From an uncultured delta proteobacterium (GTDB lineage Bacteria > Desulfobacterota > Zymogenia > Zymogenales > Zymogenaceae), in NCBI GenBank assembly GCA_963792965.1, contig CAWBYW010000009.1:128001-192000 (forward strand): DNA of 64,000 nucleotides. The letters run 5' to 3'. Position numbers and translations under genes: made by a program. This document shows positions 1-10,486 of the stretch, piece after piece. Below the pieces are notes generated by a model, which was not told where the DNA came from, searched no databases, and saw nothing but the letters and a program-made list of their open reading frames with translations. Position 1 is the stretch's first letter. Each line of letters starts with the position of its first letter.

Positions 1-436
1 GCCGAGACGGCCGACAGCGCCATCAAGAAGGGCGATACGTCCAAGGCGGCCCTGTGGGACCTCAACACGCGCTATTTTTGCGACCAGGGGGCAAAATTCG
101 CGGGGCTGTTCGCCCAGCTCCCCGCCGCCGCCGAGCTCTCGAGGGGCGACGTGAATTATCTCTTCCAGGAAGATATCATCTTTTCCTCCTTCGACTTCGA
201 GTCGATGAACAGGGATTTCGAGGTGAAGATGGGCCTCGGGAGGCTCCTCTCCGTCGCCACAAAATTGATCAGGGGGCGGCTTTCCGGGCGGACTGTCGAA
301 AGAGGGGTTCGGCGCGCTCCTTTCGGCCATGGGGATCGCCGGCAAGATCAGGAAGCACTACGAGGCCTACCCCACGGACCCCGCCGCCTTCCCGGCCTGG
401 GAGAAGCGGGCGCGCGAGCTCTGGGGGGAATCGTAG
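1..436 (+). CDS. C-terminal part of a geranylgeranyl reductase-like FAD oxidoreductase (5'-truncated by window edge; +1 frameshift near 291)
   Basis: Frame 1 reads AETADSAIKKGDTSKAALWDLNTRYF...GRLSGR and continues in another frame as LSKEGFGALLSAMGIAGKIRKHYEAYPTDPAAFPAWEKRARELWGES* (TAG 434-436), a typical GGR-family tail. Confidence 0.5.
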
Positions 437-442
437 CTCTCC

Positions 443-979
443 ATGCGCATCGCGGTGATTTCCGATACCCACGGCAACGTCGACGGGGCGCGGCTTGTCC
501 TGATGACGTTCCCCGATATTGATCTCGTGGTTCATCTCGGCGACCACGCCGCCGACATCGACGCGCTGGCGGCCGATCTCCCCTGCCCCGTGGTCGGCGT
601 CCTCGGCAACGAGGACCGGACCCGGGACGGGCCGACGGAGCTCGTCATTCCGGCGGAATCGATACGCCTCTTCCTCACCCACGGCCATCGCTTCGACCTC
701 AACCCGTACCTCCCTAAGGAGAAATGGGAGCGGCGGCTGGACATGATCGTTGCCGCGGCAAAAAAGGAGTGGGCGCGCGTCGCGCTCTTCGGCCACACCC
801 ACAAGGCATTCCTCGAGGAGAGAGACGGCGTGTTGCTGGTCAACCCCGGGGACTTCTACCCGGGAGGGGAGTATTCATCGATCGCCATACTGACTATCCA
901 TGACAAAAGCATATCGGCCGAGGTCTTTCGTTTTGACCGAAAATTCAACCGCAGCCTCCTTTTCTCGTACCCGAAATAG
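443..979 (+). CDS. YfcE-family metallophosphoesterase
   Basis: Motifs ISDTHGN, HLGD, GNED, THGH, FGHTH, NPG. Confidence 0.9.
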   Translation: MRIAVISDTHGNVDGARLVLMTFPDIDLVVHLGDHAADIDALAADLPCPVVGVLGNEDRTRDGPTELVIPAESIRLFLTHGHRFDLNPYLPKEKWERRLDMIVAAAKKEWARVALFGHTHKAFLEERDGVLLVNPGDFYPGGEYSSIAILTIHDKSISAEVFRFDRKFNRSLLFSYPK

Positions 980-1000
980 CACTTCGTGGACGGACGCCCG

Positions 1001-1649
1001 ATGTGGTTTGCGACGACAAAGAGATTCTTTTTCGAGGGCGTCGGTAGCCGCCGCCGTGCTCTGTGCCTTATTCTGTTCTTCCTGTGCCGGCGGGGCCCTA
1101 TCGTCTCTACTCCCTTAAAGATTCATCTTTTACGCCCCTTTCCCGCCCCATAGACCCAGCCTCCGATTCCACGCTCACGCTCCCTCGCCTCCCCGCGGGC
1201 TGGGAGGTCCTCTCGGCGGACCGGGCCGACGTTAACGGCGACGGGATCGATGAATTCGTCCTCTCCGTTCGCCGCCCCTGGCGCGACTGGCCGATCATGA
1301 GGTGGCACGGGGGGAAAAGCCCCATCGCCGACTGTCACGATCGCGAGATGATGAGCTCGCACCTCATCGTGCTCCGTCCCGACGGGAGCGAAGTTTGGGC
1401 CGGCTCCCCCTTCCCCGGCCGATCGGTAAGCTCCGTGCGGGCGATATCGACGGCGACGGGAAGGTCGAGGTCGTCACCCTCGAAGGGGACTACGCCCGGT
1501 GGCCGAACGGCCCGGCCGTCCGGATCGACGTGTGGAGGTGGGACGCCTTCGGCTTTAAGCTCGTCCACCGCTCGGACGAAGGCGCGTTCCGTGAGCTCTT
1601 CTTGCGCGATATCAACAATGATGGTATAGTTGAGATTATCGTCCGATAA
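1001..1649 (+). CDS. Putative exported/lipoprotein with FG-GAP/VCBS-like DxxGDG repeats, split by about 3 frameshifts
   Basis: Signal-like AAAVLCALFCSSCAG, then DVNGDGIDE, GDIDGDGKVE, DINNDGIVE in successive frames (ORFs 900-1118, 1063-1629, 1302-1649). Confidence 0.55.
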
Positions 1650-1671
1650 CAGAGAAAGATAGGAGGAACCC

Positions 1672-3748
1672 ATGAAACCCTATCATGTCGACTATCTCTG
1701 TTTGTCATCATGTGCATAATCCTTTCGGGCCTTGCCGTCACGTTTGCGTGCCGAGGAGCCCAAGAGCTCCTTTTCGCCCTACAAGGAAGTCCCCGTCTCG
1801 CTTCCGGGGGCATACAAAGGCTATACACTGCCGGTCAGGGCGGCCGATATCGCCAACCTCGCCCAGTTCAAGCTCCCGACAGGTAAGATAGAGGCACTTA
1901 CCCAAACCGGCTTTTTCGTGGCGCCGGGAACGTCCAAGGAATTCTTTCAGCTCTACGACGAGGGGCTCTACGACAGGGTCCCGACCTTCATCACCACAGA
2001 CTCGATGCTCCACGTCTTCCACCTCATTTTCGACAAGGTGCTGCGTGACCTCGAGCAGAAGCGCTTCGAGCCGGATATCCGCGCGCTCTCGACGGGCTGC
2101 CGGATCGAGGCGGAAAGGCTCTACCGTGAGCTCAAGGATACCGAGCTTGCCGAGCCGTCCCGGCACGTCCTTGCCTATTTCTCGGTCGCGGAAAGTCTGC
2201 TCGTCCCGGGTTCCCCCGTGCCCCCCGCCGTGGCCGATCTGGTGAAGGGCGAGCTTTCCCTCATCAACGGCGCCGCGGGACTCGGCACAAGCGTCGTCTT
2301 CCCGACGATGACCGAGGACTACTCCCAGTACATTCCCCGCGGCCACTACACGAAAAGCGAGACGCTGAAGCGCTACTTCAAGGCGATGATGTGGTACGGC
2401 CGCATCACCTTCCGGCTGAAAAACCCCGATGAGACGAAGATGGCACTTCTGGTCACCTATATCCTGAAGCACGCAAAGGCGGCGGACGGCACGCCGGTCT
2501 CCACACTCTGGGAGCGGGTATACGAGCCGACCTCCTTTTTCGTCGGCGGGTCCGACGACCCCTCGTATAGAGAATACGGGGCGCTGGCCGATACGGTCTT
2601 CGGCGCGGGCGCGCTTCCGGAGAAATTCGGCGATGAAAAGCTCCTGGCGCGGTTCATCGACGAGGCCAAAAAACTCCCCGCCCCACGGATCAACTCGATG
2701 TGGGTCACCATCTTTGAGAACACGGAAGAGGCCACCCGGGGCTTTCGGCTCATGGGAAGCCGCTTCGTCATCGACGCCTACATCTTCGAGAACCTGATCT
2801 GGCGTCGCGTCGGCACCATCGATAATCCGAGGATGCTCCCCTCGCCCCTGGACGTGATGGCCGCCCTCGGCTCGAAAGAGGCATACGCCATCCTCGATAA
2901 AGAGGGGGAAACGAAGTACAAGAACTATAAAGAGAACATGGCTGCGATGAAGACGGAGATCACGGCGCTGCCCGGTGATTCGTGGACGCGCACCCTCTAT
3001 TCGGCCTGGCTCTACGCGATGATGCCGCTATTGGACCAGAAAGACGCGCGCTATCCCGCCTTCATGCGGACCGAAAAATGGGCCGCCAAGGACCTCAACT
3101 CGGCCGTGGGCTCCTATACCGAGCTCAAACACGACACGATCCTCTACGCAAAGCAGGTCATGGCCGAGGCCGGGGGGGAAGAGATGCCGGAGGTTCAGGG
3201 CTGGGTGGAGCCCGAGCCCTATGTCTGGGCGCGGCTTCTGTCGCTGGTGCGCATGATGCGTGACGGCCTTTCTTCCCGGGGTCTGCTCGATGACGAGCAT
3301 GGGCGGATGTTGGACGACCTCGAAAGCGACGTAAGCTTCCTGCTGGACGTGACCAACAAAGAGCTGGCGGGCGCACCCATCGACCCCGGAGAATAATGAC
3401 CGGATGATGTACTGGGGCGAGCATCTGGAGTGGCTGACGCTTAACGCCGCGGACACCGAGGGAGAGGGACGGCCCTATTTTGAGGACATCGATGCGGCGC
3501 TGGCGGCCGACGTAGCAACCGGCGGTGACCAGGCCCTTGAGCTCGCCACGGGCAGGATCAACGAGATTTACGTCGTCGTTCCGAACGGCCGGGGAAAGCT
3601 CGAGGTAGCCCGGGGAGGCGTCTTTTCGACCTACGAGTTCACGGTGCCCGTATCGGGGCGGCTCACCGACGAGGCATGGAAGGCGATGTTGGGCGCGGGC
3701 ACGGCCCCCGCAGCGCCGGAGTGGACAAACGTCTTTATGACCAAATAG
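1672..3748 (+). CDS. DUF3160-family exported protein (frameshifts in the signal region and near 3389)
   Basis: RBS AGGAGG before ATG 1672; FITTDSMLH, EDYSQYIPRGHYT, YFKAMMWYGR, SYTELKHDTILYAKQ, GWVEP and, in ORF 3404-3748, GGVFSTYEF, RLTDEAWK. Confidence 0.8.
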
Positions 3749-4003
3749 GAAAGACGCCAAACGACGCGCGGGCGGCCTCTTGGCCGCCCGCGCATCCCAA
3801 CTCTCTATGCCGTTTTTCCGGACCTACCTTGTATCGAGAAACATCACCGCCTCGTATTCCGAAAATCCCTGCCGCTCCCAGAAGGGCCGCCCGATCGTGT
3901 TGCGCGCGGCGATTCTAAGCTCGATCCGGGCAATCCCCCGACCGAGAAACCATTCCTCGATATGGCGCACCAGCATCGTTCCGATTCCGGGAAATGAGAT
4001 AGC

Positions 4004-5356
4004 CTACTGCCCGCTGAGATCTACCCCCTCCACCAGGAGAGACGGCGCGCCCACCCCACCGAAAAACCTCAGGTCGCTCCCGACGGCCACGGCCCGGCTC
4101 AGCATCGAGATGAGGTTGCCCGCCACGGCCCCCTCCTTGAAAGGGAAGAGCCTTTCGCCGTTCTCGAACACGAACCCGGAGGCCCCCACGGAGAACTCCC
4201 CCGTCACGGGGTTTGCCGTGTGCACCCCCATCAGCTCCGTGATGATAACGCCGCGCACCGCTTCCGCGACCAGCGAGTCGGGGCTTTTCCTCCCGCCGAC
4301 AATAAAAAGATTACTCGGGGACGGCATCGGCGGGGTCATCACCCCGTCGCGCGCCGACGAGCCGGTCGGCCTCACCTGTGCCCTCCGCGCGGACAACAGG
4401 TCGTACAAAAAGCCCTTGAGCACCCCCCTGTCCACGAGCTTGTGTCTGCCCCTCACGATCCCTTCGTCGTCCACCGGAGAACTCGCCACGCCGCCGGGCA
4501 TGATCCCGTCGTCGATGACGGTGATCTTCTCCGAGAATATCTTCTCGTGTTCCCTGCCGGCCAGGGCCGACTTGCCCTTGAGGACGTTTTCGGCCAGAAA
4601 CGACGATGAGAGCACCCCGAGGAGCTCCCCTACTACCTCGTTTATCAACAGCGCCGTGTACTTTCCCGTGGGGGCCTTCTGGGCGCCGAGCCTCTCGACC
4701 GCCGTCAGGCCCGCCCGCTTTCCCACAAGGTACGGATCGAGCCCCTCGTACCCGATTGAAAAATCGGCGTCGTAGGCCATCTCCTGCTCGCCGTCTTGCT
4801 CGGCCATTGCCATGACCTGTGCGGAGACAACGCTCTTTTTGTAGCTGATATCCACGCCGAGGGAGTTTCTGAGAAAGACCTCATACGAAGACTCGGCGTA
4901 CCGCGCGCCCCGCACCCGCACAACCCTCGGGTCCGCGGCAAGCGCCCCCTCCTCCACCAAGCGTGCCCGCGTGATCTTGTCGGCCAGCGGCGCCTTTTCG
5001 ATCGCGTCGTCGAAGATCACTCCCGTCTCGGGGAGTGAGCCCACCGGACCGGCAAGCGCGTAGTGCTCATCCGGGGTGGAGTTGCGCGCGCTTCCCACAG
5101 CGCTCTCGACCATCGTCTCGATCGCGGGGTCGTCGGGCAGCGTCGAGAACGAAAATCCCATCCCGCCGTCCACGATCACCCGGAGCGCTACCCCGTAAGG
5201 CTCGGAGAACTTGAAGTCCTCGGTCTCTTTTCCCTCCGATTCGATGGAGAGGCGCTTGGAGGCGGTATAGAAGAGCTCGTAGGTGTCGATCTTTTTTGCC
5301 GAGAGGCGATCGACGATCTTTTCCGCAACCCTTCCGAAATTTCTCGCGTGATCCAT
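4004..5356 (-). CDS. pmbA: TldD/PmbA family protein (PmbA-type)
   Basis: DDEG, G-LKGFLYD, TGSSAR, PSPSN, HTANPVTGEFS; no HExxxH. Confidence 0.85.
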   Translation of the reverse strand: MDHARNFGRVAEKIVDRLSAKKIDTYELFYTASKRLSIESEGKETEDFKFSEPYGVALRVIVDGGMGFSFSTLPDDPAIETMVESAVGSARNSTPDEHYALAGPVGSLPETGVIFDDAIEKAPLADKITRARLVEEGALAADPRVVRVRGARYAESSYEVFLRNSLGVDISYKKSVVSAQVMAMAEQDGEQEMAYDADFSIGYEGLDPYLVGKRAGLTAVERLGAQKAPTGKYTALLINEVVGELLGVLSSSFLAENVLKGKSALAGREHEKIFSEKITVIDDGIMPGGVASSPVDDEGIVRGRHKLVDRGVLKGFLYDLLSARRAQVRPTGSSARDGVMTPPMPSPSNLFIVGGRKSPDSLVAEAVRGVIITELMGVHTANPVTGEFSVGASGFVFENGERLFPFKEGAVAGNLISMLSRAVAVGSDLRFFGGVGAPSLLVEGVDLSGQ

Positions 5357-5490
5357 AACAAAGCCCTCCGGCGATTATTTATAAATGATACCAGACTGGA
5401 CCTCGGCTGTCAAACAACGGCGTCGATTACATTTGCCGACCGTCCGTTTTTCGGCTATACTCACCCCAGAAAAACTCGTCAGGTTTCCCC

Positions 5491-6186
5491 ATGCCCAACC
5501 CCGTCACCGTCAAGAGCCTTTTTGCCGCCGTCGCCAGGCGTTACGATCTCCTCAACCACGTCCTCTCGCTTTCGATCGATCGCATCTGGCGAAGGCGTCT
5601 CGTCTCCCTCTCGGGCGTCACGGACGGCGCGCGCGTGCTGGATATATGCGCCGGCACGGGCGATATCGTCATCGCGTTTCTGAGGGCCACGCGCTACGGG
5701 CACGTCGTCGGCCTCGATTTTTCCCGCGAGATGCTCGCCGTCGGAAGAGAGAAACTCGACGCGTGGGGGAGGGGAGCTGGGGCCGCACTCGTCTGCGGCG
5801 ACGCGCTTGTCCTTCCCTTTGCCGACGACACGTTTGACGTGGCGACGATGGGCTTCGGGCTGAGGAACCTGGCCGATTACGGGCGGGGGATAGAGGAGGC
5901 GGCCCGGGTTTTAAGGCCCGGGGGGAAACTCTTGATCCTCGAGTTCGCTCCGCCGAGGGGAGGGCTCTTCGCGCTCGCGTACCGCGTCTACCTCAGGCTC
6001 CTCATACCCATCATCGGCGGGGTCCTGACCGGGAGGCGTGAAGCGTATGAACACCTGTCGGACACAATCGCGGGGTTCCTGAGGCCGGAGGAGGTGCTCG
6101 CCCTCATGGAGCAGGCCCGTCTCGTAAACCGAACCGCTCATCCTCAGACGTTAGGCATTGCGTATATCTACATCGGTAGGAAATAA
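5491..6186 (+). CDS. menG: Demethylmenaquinone/ubiquinone C-methyltransferase
   Basis: F..VA.RYDLLNHVLS, VLDICAGTGD, FGLRN, RVLRPGG. Confidence 0.85.
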   Translation: MPNPVTVKSLFAAVARRYDLLNHVLSLSIDRIWRRRLVSLSGVTDGARVLDICAGTGDIVIAFLRATRYGHVVGLDFSREMLAVGREKLDAWGRGAGAALVCGDALVLPFADDTFDVATMGFGLRNLADYGRGIEEAARVLRPGGKLLILEFAPPRGGLFALAYRVYLRLLIPIIGGVLTGRREAYEHLSDTIAGFLRPEEVLALMEQARLVNRTAHPQTLGIAYIYIGRK

Positions 6187-6300
6187 CACTAATGGCATCC
6201 GGTGATTGCGAGGGACGCTTGTTGGCACCGGGGGAGTATACCGAGGAGGTGTTGAGGGAGACGCTGGGGATGTTCAAGGGCGAGATCGAGCGAGTCAAGG
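6183..6300 (+). pseudogene. Possible short relic resembling an internal segment of tRNA pseudouridine synthase TruB
   Basis: ITLMASGDCEGRLLAPGEYTEEVLRETLGMFKGEIERV resembles the TruB T.D.EG...TEE.L...L..F.GEI.Q.PP segment. Confidence 0.3.
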
Positions 6301-6373
6301 GGCGGGCGATAAAAATGGCCGTTTTCGATCCGGCCCTTTCCGTTCTTTTCCGGCGCCCGACCTTTCCGATTCC

Positions 6374-7045
6374 TCACAAGATGCCGTAAAGTGAATAAAG
6401 CCCGAAACCGGCGATGAGAATCCCGGAAAGATAGTTGACGGCCTTCATTGTTTTCCGGCTTATGATCCTCCTGGATAGCTCGGTGGTGCCGCAAAGAATG
6501 AGCCACCATATGCTTGAGCCGCAAAACACCCCTAATACTAACAATGTCGGCGAAAAATAGTCGCCTTCCGTTGTCCCCAGTCGTATGCTCGCGAAGACGG
6601 CCGTAAAAGAGAGTATCGTTATGGGATTGGTAATCGTCAGAAGAAACGTGGACAAAAAGCCTTTGAATATCTTCCCCCTTTCTCCGGTGCCTCCGCCCTG
6701 AATATGGACTCCCCCCCTTCCTGCTGATTCTTCTCCTTCCCGCCACGCGGTAAGCTCCGCCGGCTCAGCCGTAAGGACCTTACACCCAAGGTAGCACAGG
6801 AAGATGCCTCCGCCGAGACGGAGAAAAAACTGTTTCCCGATGAAAAAAGCAGATACGGCCGTAAGCCCGAATGCGGCCACACTGCCGTATATTGCGTCGG
6901 CGACGGCTACTCCCAAGGCGGCCGTCACCCCCAGCAGAAAACCACGGGTTATCGTTCGTCGAATGCAGAAAATCCCTATCGGGCCGACGGGCGCGGCGAT
7001 CGAAAAACCTATGACTAATCCCTTCAAGAGGAAACCGAATTTCAT
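6374..7045 (-). CDS. LysE-family amino acid exporter
   Basis: IAAPVGPIG, GVAVAD, TITNPITIL, about 6 TM segments. Confidence 0.9.
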   Translation of the reverse strand: MKFGFLLKGLVIGFSIAAPVGPIGIFCIRRTITRGFLLGVTAALGVAVADAIYGSVAAFGLTAVSAFFIGKQFFLRLGGGIFLCYLGCKVLTAEPAELTAWREGEESAGRGGVHIQGGGTGERGKIFKGFLSTFLLTITNPITILSFTAVFASIRLGTTEGDYFSPTLLVLGVFCGSSIWWLILCGTTELSRRIISRKTMKAVNYLSGILIAGFGLYSLYGIL

Positions 7046-7249
7046 GGTGGGTACCCTGCCATTCCCGTAATCGGCTTAACCTCCCCCTCCAACTCGGGTC
7101 TCGAGCCGGATTATCAACAAGTGAGGGTCGTGATAAACAAAGAGGAGATAATTCCTCATCCCCTCATCTCTTATGATGAAGAAACAGAGTGAGTCAATCG
7201 TAAACCGCGTCCCGTGACGACGCCTGCCTGTTTTGACTCGCGGCGTCCC

Positions 7250-7684
7250 TTAGTGCATCGTCCCCTCGTGCTCATCCCAAAAGAAGGCCGTGCGGGCGCT
7301 TTCGATCTTTTCGATTTCCGACAGGAGGAAGGTGAGGCGGGGGAGCATCGTGAGGTAGCGGCGGGTTCCCTTCTTCATCACCAATTCCTTGAGCTTTTTC
7401 AGCTTTTCCAGGTCCTTGGCGCCGAAGGTCTTTTCCTCTATCTTTTTCTCCACGTCGTCGAGGTATTTCCCGATGGAGTCGCGCTCGATAAGCGGCTTTG
7501 TCAAGAGCGTCAGCGGGGCAAAGAGGATCGCGAAGAAAGCGAGGAACAGCACTATCACCAGGCTAAATCGCGCCCCCGCCCCAAGGATCGTCACCGAGGC
7601 GAGAAACGACACGATTACCGCGCAGAATGTCCCCACCGTAAGGATGAATTGGCCCGATATGCGAAGTCGATCAGACAGCGACAT
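7250..7684 (-). CDS. Hypothetical membrane protein (2 N-terminal TM helices, charged C-terminal domain)
   Basis: ORF 7250-7738, likely start MSLSDRL; two hydrophobic segments then a K/E-rich helix. Confidence 0.6.
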   Translation of the reverse strand: MSLSDRLRISGQFILTVGTFCAVIVSFLASVTILGAGARFSLVIVLFLAFFAILFAPLTLLTKPLIERDSIGKYLDDVEKKIEEKTFGAKDLEKLKKLKELVMKKGTRRYLTMLPRLTFLLSEIEKIESARTAFFWDEHEGTMH

Positions 7685-7799
7685 AGAGAAATCTGTTTTG
7701 TTGTTTGGTCGCCAATGACACACTCGGCTCGACGTCAACCGCGCGTCATATCAGGAGACGTCACGCCGAGTAACTACGTACGGCGTCAACATCATTCCT

Positions 7800-8480
7800 C
7801 TAATTCCTCGCACGCATCAGGAAATAGAGGAGCGTCAGGATAGCGGTGGCAGCCGCCGCCACGTAGGTCATCGCCGCGGCCGTCAGCACCCGCCGCGCGC
7901 CCGCCACCTCGTCGGCCATGAGGATGCCCGAGGATGAAATGGCCGCCAGCGCCCGCCGGCTCGCGTTGATCTCCACGGGAAGCGTGATCACCTGAAACGC
8001 CACCACGGCGGAAAAAAGGATGACGCCGATTTTGATCAGTCCGACCATACCCAAAAACATCCCGGCGATCAACAGAATCCAGGCGAAGTTTGAGCCGACA
8101 TTCGCGATCGGCACGATGGCCGTCCGAAGCTTGAGCGGCGCATATCCATCCGCGTGCTGCAGCGCATGCCCCGCCTCGTGTGCGGCCACCCCGATGGACG
8201 AGACCGAGCGGCCCTGATAGACGTCGGGCGAGAGCCTGAGCGTCTTGCTGGAAGGGTCGTAGAAGTCGGAGAGAAATCCCCTCGTCGGCCCGATCTCCAC
8301 GTCGGTGATGCCTTTGCTCCTTAATATCTTGTCGGCCGCCTGAGCACCTGTCATCCCCGAGGCCGTCCCGACCTTGGAATATTTACGAAAGGAGCTCTTC
8401 ACCCAGAAGGAGGCGAAAAGCGAAAAGATAAACGCCGGAGCCATCAAGAGCAGATACAATGGATCAAATATCATCATCAC
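7800..8480 (-). CDS. YugP-like membrane zinc metallopeptidase
   Basis: AAHEAGHALQH, TLPVEINASRRA, AAAMTYVAA; RBS AGGAGG. Confidence 0.9.
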   Translation of the reverse strand: MMMIFDPLYLLLMAPAFIFSLFASFWVKSSFRKYSKVGTASGMTGAQAADKILRSKGITDVEIGPTRGFLSDFYDPSSKTLRLSPDVYQGRSVSSIGVAAHEAGHALQHADGYAPLKLRTAIVPIANVGSNFAWILLIAGMFLGMVGLIKIGVILFSAVVAFQVITLPVEINASRRALAAISSSGILMADEVAGARRVLTAAAMTYVAAAATAILTLLYFLMRARN

Positions 8481-8659
8481 ACCTCCTATCTATCATAATG
8501 TAACGCTTTTTTTGATGATGTCAAGAGTAATACGGGCCCGGCGGTTATCCCCAAAGGCCCGGGCGTTCCTGAGACCCAACGGGCGCCCCAAGGGGTCCGC
8601 GAGTTTCAGGAAGACGGAGAAGCCTGATGGGTGGGCTCGGCCTATCGTAGGTACGGCAG

Positions 8660-9415
8660 TTATCGCACATAGCGCTCGATGAAGTCGGCCGACTTCATCC
8701 GCTTTCCCAGTTGATGGTCGACGAAAGAAAGGAGGATCCTTCGGGTTTCGAGAAGCGATTGCGCGCTGAGCGCAATACGCGGCAGCCTCGCAAAAGAGGC
8801 GTCGAGCGCCGCCCTCAGGGCCGCGCTCGTGGAGCCCGACAGGGCCACCCCTCGGTCCCTCGGCACAAGGCATTTCGCACAAACGATCCCCCCCGCCTCG
8901 GGGACAAACAGTGAGCCCTCGCCATCGAGGGCCGCCGACCTGCAGCGCACGCATGACGAAAGGAGCGGCGCGATGCCGACGATCTTCAATATCCTCAACA
9001 CGAAAAGCCACAGGATGTCTTCCCGCGCACCACGCTGAGCCAGAAGGGCCAGGAACGTCGCGGTTGTATCGAAGAGGTCCGACGCCCCTTCCTCCTGGGG
9101 GGCAAGCTCCCTGGTGAGCTCCAGGACAAGCGCCCCGTAGGCCATGGAGCGCATCTCACGTGCGATCCCCTCGTGTGGGTCGATGAGGGCGGCGTCCTCG
9201 ATGAGAAACAGGTCCCTTCCCCGCGGGCGGTAGAATTTCACCCGGATAAGATGGCCCAGGTCGAAGGTATTGACGAAGCGCTTCTTGCTTTTCTTTGCCG
9301 ACTTGGCAATGCCGGTGATCCTTCCGGCGTCCCTGACCAGAAGGTCCACTAAGAGATCGGATTCCCCAAAATCCCTGGCCCCCAGCACGACGGCCGACGA
9401 CTCGATGCGCCTCAT
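8660..9415 (-). CDS. recO: DNA repair protein RecO
   Basis: DFGESD, AKSAKKSKKRF, Zn-finger CVRC...C..C. Confidence 0.9.
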   Translation of the reverse strand: MRRIESSAVVLGARDFGESDLLVDLLVRDAGRITGIAKSAKKSKKRFVNTFDLGHLIRVKFYRPRGRDLFLIEDAALIDPHEGIAREMRSMAYGALVLELTRELAPQEEGASDLFDTTATFLALLAQRGAREDILWLFVLRILKIVGIAPLLSSCVRCRSAALDGEGSLFVPEAGGIVCAKCLVPRDRGVALSGSTSAALRAALDASFARLPRIALSAQSLLETRRILLSFVDHQLGKRMKSADFIERYVR

Positions 9416-9611
9416 GGCCCGGTTACCCGGACGGCCCGGACCGATGGCACGAAACGACCCGCACTCCGTGATGAAAGGCCGTCCGCGTGTCGTGCGTGCC
9501 CGTAGCGGGTGCCTTCTTCCTGGAGGAAGTCACGGAGTGCTATGGTCTGGACATGGACGCGTATCATGGCAGGCTCGATGAGAATCCGAGAGAGATAACA
9601 TATTATTCTTT

Positions 9612-9649
9612 ATTATAATTATTATTACATGGACGATTGTCCACGTCAA
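9612..9649 (-). promoter_or_regulatory. Sigma70-like promoter upstream of recO with palindrome TGGAC-N4-GTCCA in the spacer
   Basis: Minus-strand TTGACG (9649-9644), AT-rich -10 region (9627-9612), palindrome at 9630-9643. Confidence 0.45.
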
Positions 9650-9679
9650 GGCGCATGCCGCGGCACGAGGGCGCTCCCG

Positions 9680-10285
9680 TTATCGCCCTGATCGCGTCTG
9701 CTCCTTAAGGAGCCCGGCGAAGGCCTTGAACTCGGGCGTCCCCGCTTTCCCAAAGAGGGAAAAGAGGATCGTCTCGGCGGAGGTTATCTCGGCCCCGGCG
9801 TCCGCCATGAAACTGAGCCCGAGTTCCCAGTCGAGATTCTTTCGGGAGCAGACGGCGTCGGCGGCGACAAAAGGGACAAAACCCTCGTCGATCAGCTCGA
9901 TCGCCGACTGCAGGACGCAGATGTGGGTCTCCATCCCGGCCAGGATCAGGTTCGGCCTGCCGAGGGCCCTCACCGCGTCGGCCACGGCGGGCTCGCCCAT
10001 GAGCGAAAACGAGAGTTTCTCCAACGGGCGGTATGCGTCGCCCAGGATACGCTGGATCTCGGGCGCGGTCACGCCCAGTCCGCGCGGGTACTGTTCCGTA
10101 CTGATGATCGGCAGTGAGAGGATCCGTGCGCCCTCGATGAGGAGGATTGTCTGGGCGAGCGTGCGCTCGGCGACCTCCGTTTCCATCGTCGAAAGGAGGG
10201 ACGCCTGAAAATCGATGACGATCAGCGCCGTGTCTTCCCGAGTGGGGCGCGGCGGCCCGTCATACTGGTCGGTATCGGTGTGCAT
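9680..10285 (-). CDS. Isochorismatase-family hydrolase
   Basis: LIVIDFQ, TEQYPRGLG, EKLSFS, GMETHICVLQS. Confidence 0.9.
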   Translation of the reverse strand: MHTDTDQYDGPPRPTREDTALIVIDFQASLLSTMETEVAERTLAQTILLIEGARILSLPIISTEQYPRGLGVTAPEIQRILGDAYRPLEKLSFSLMGEPAVADAVRALGRPNLILAGMETHICVLQSAIELIDEGFVPFVAADAVCSRKNLDWELGLSFMADAGAEITSAETILFSLFGKAGTPEFKAFAGLLKEQTRSGR

Positions 10286-10486
10286 ACGTCTCTCTCCACA
10301 AAGGTCTTTTCAGGACACGCACTCGGCTTTCTTCATTCGTATCATGGGGGCACGCGCGTGTCAATATGGATAACGATGAGGGATCGCGCTCGATCCCCGC
10401 CGCGGCGCTCCTGGAGAGCCTTTTTGATTGACAATCGCGCGTAAATCGTGTTAGCTAAAAGAGAACATCTATACAGGGGTATTGGT

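Noticed and set aside
8534-8612. GC-rich hairpins between recO and the YugP-like gene as a riboswitch
   Set aside because: They lie upstream of the peptidase gene's apparent TTGACA promoter (8524-8519), so are not in its leader; likely 3' UTR structure
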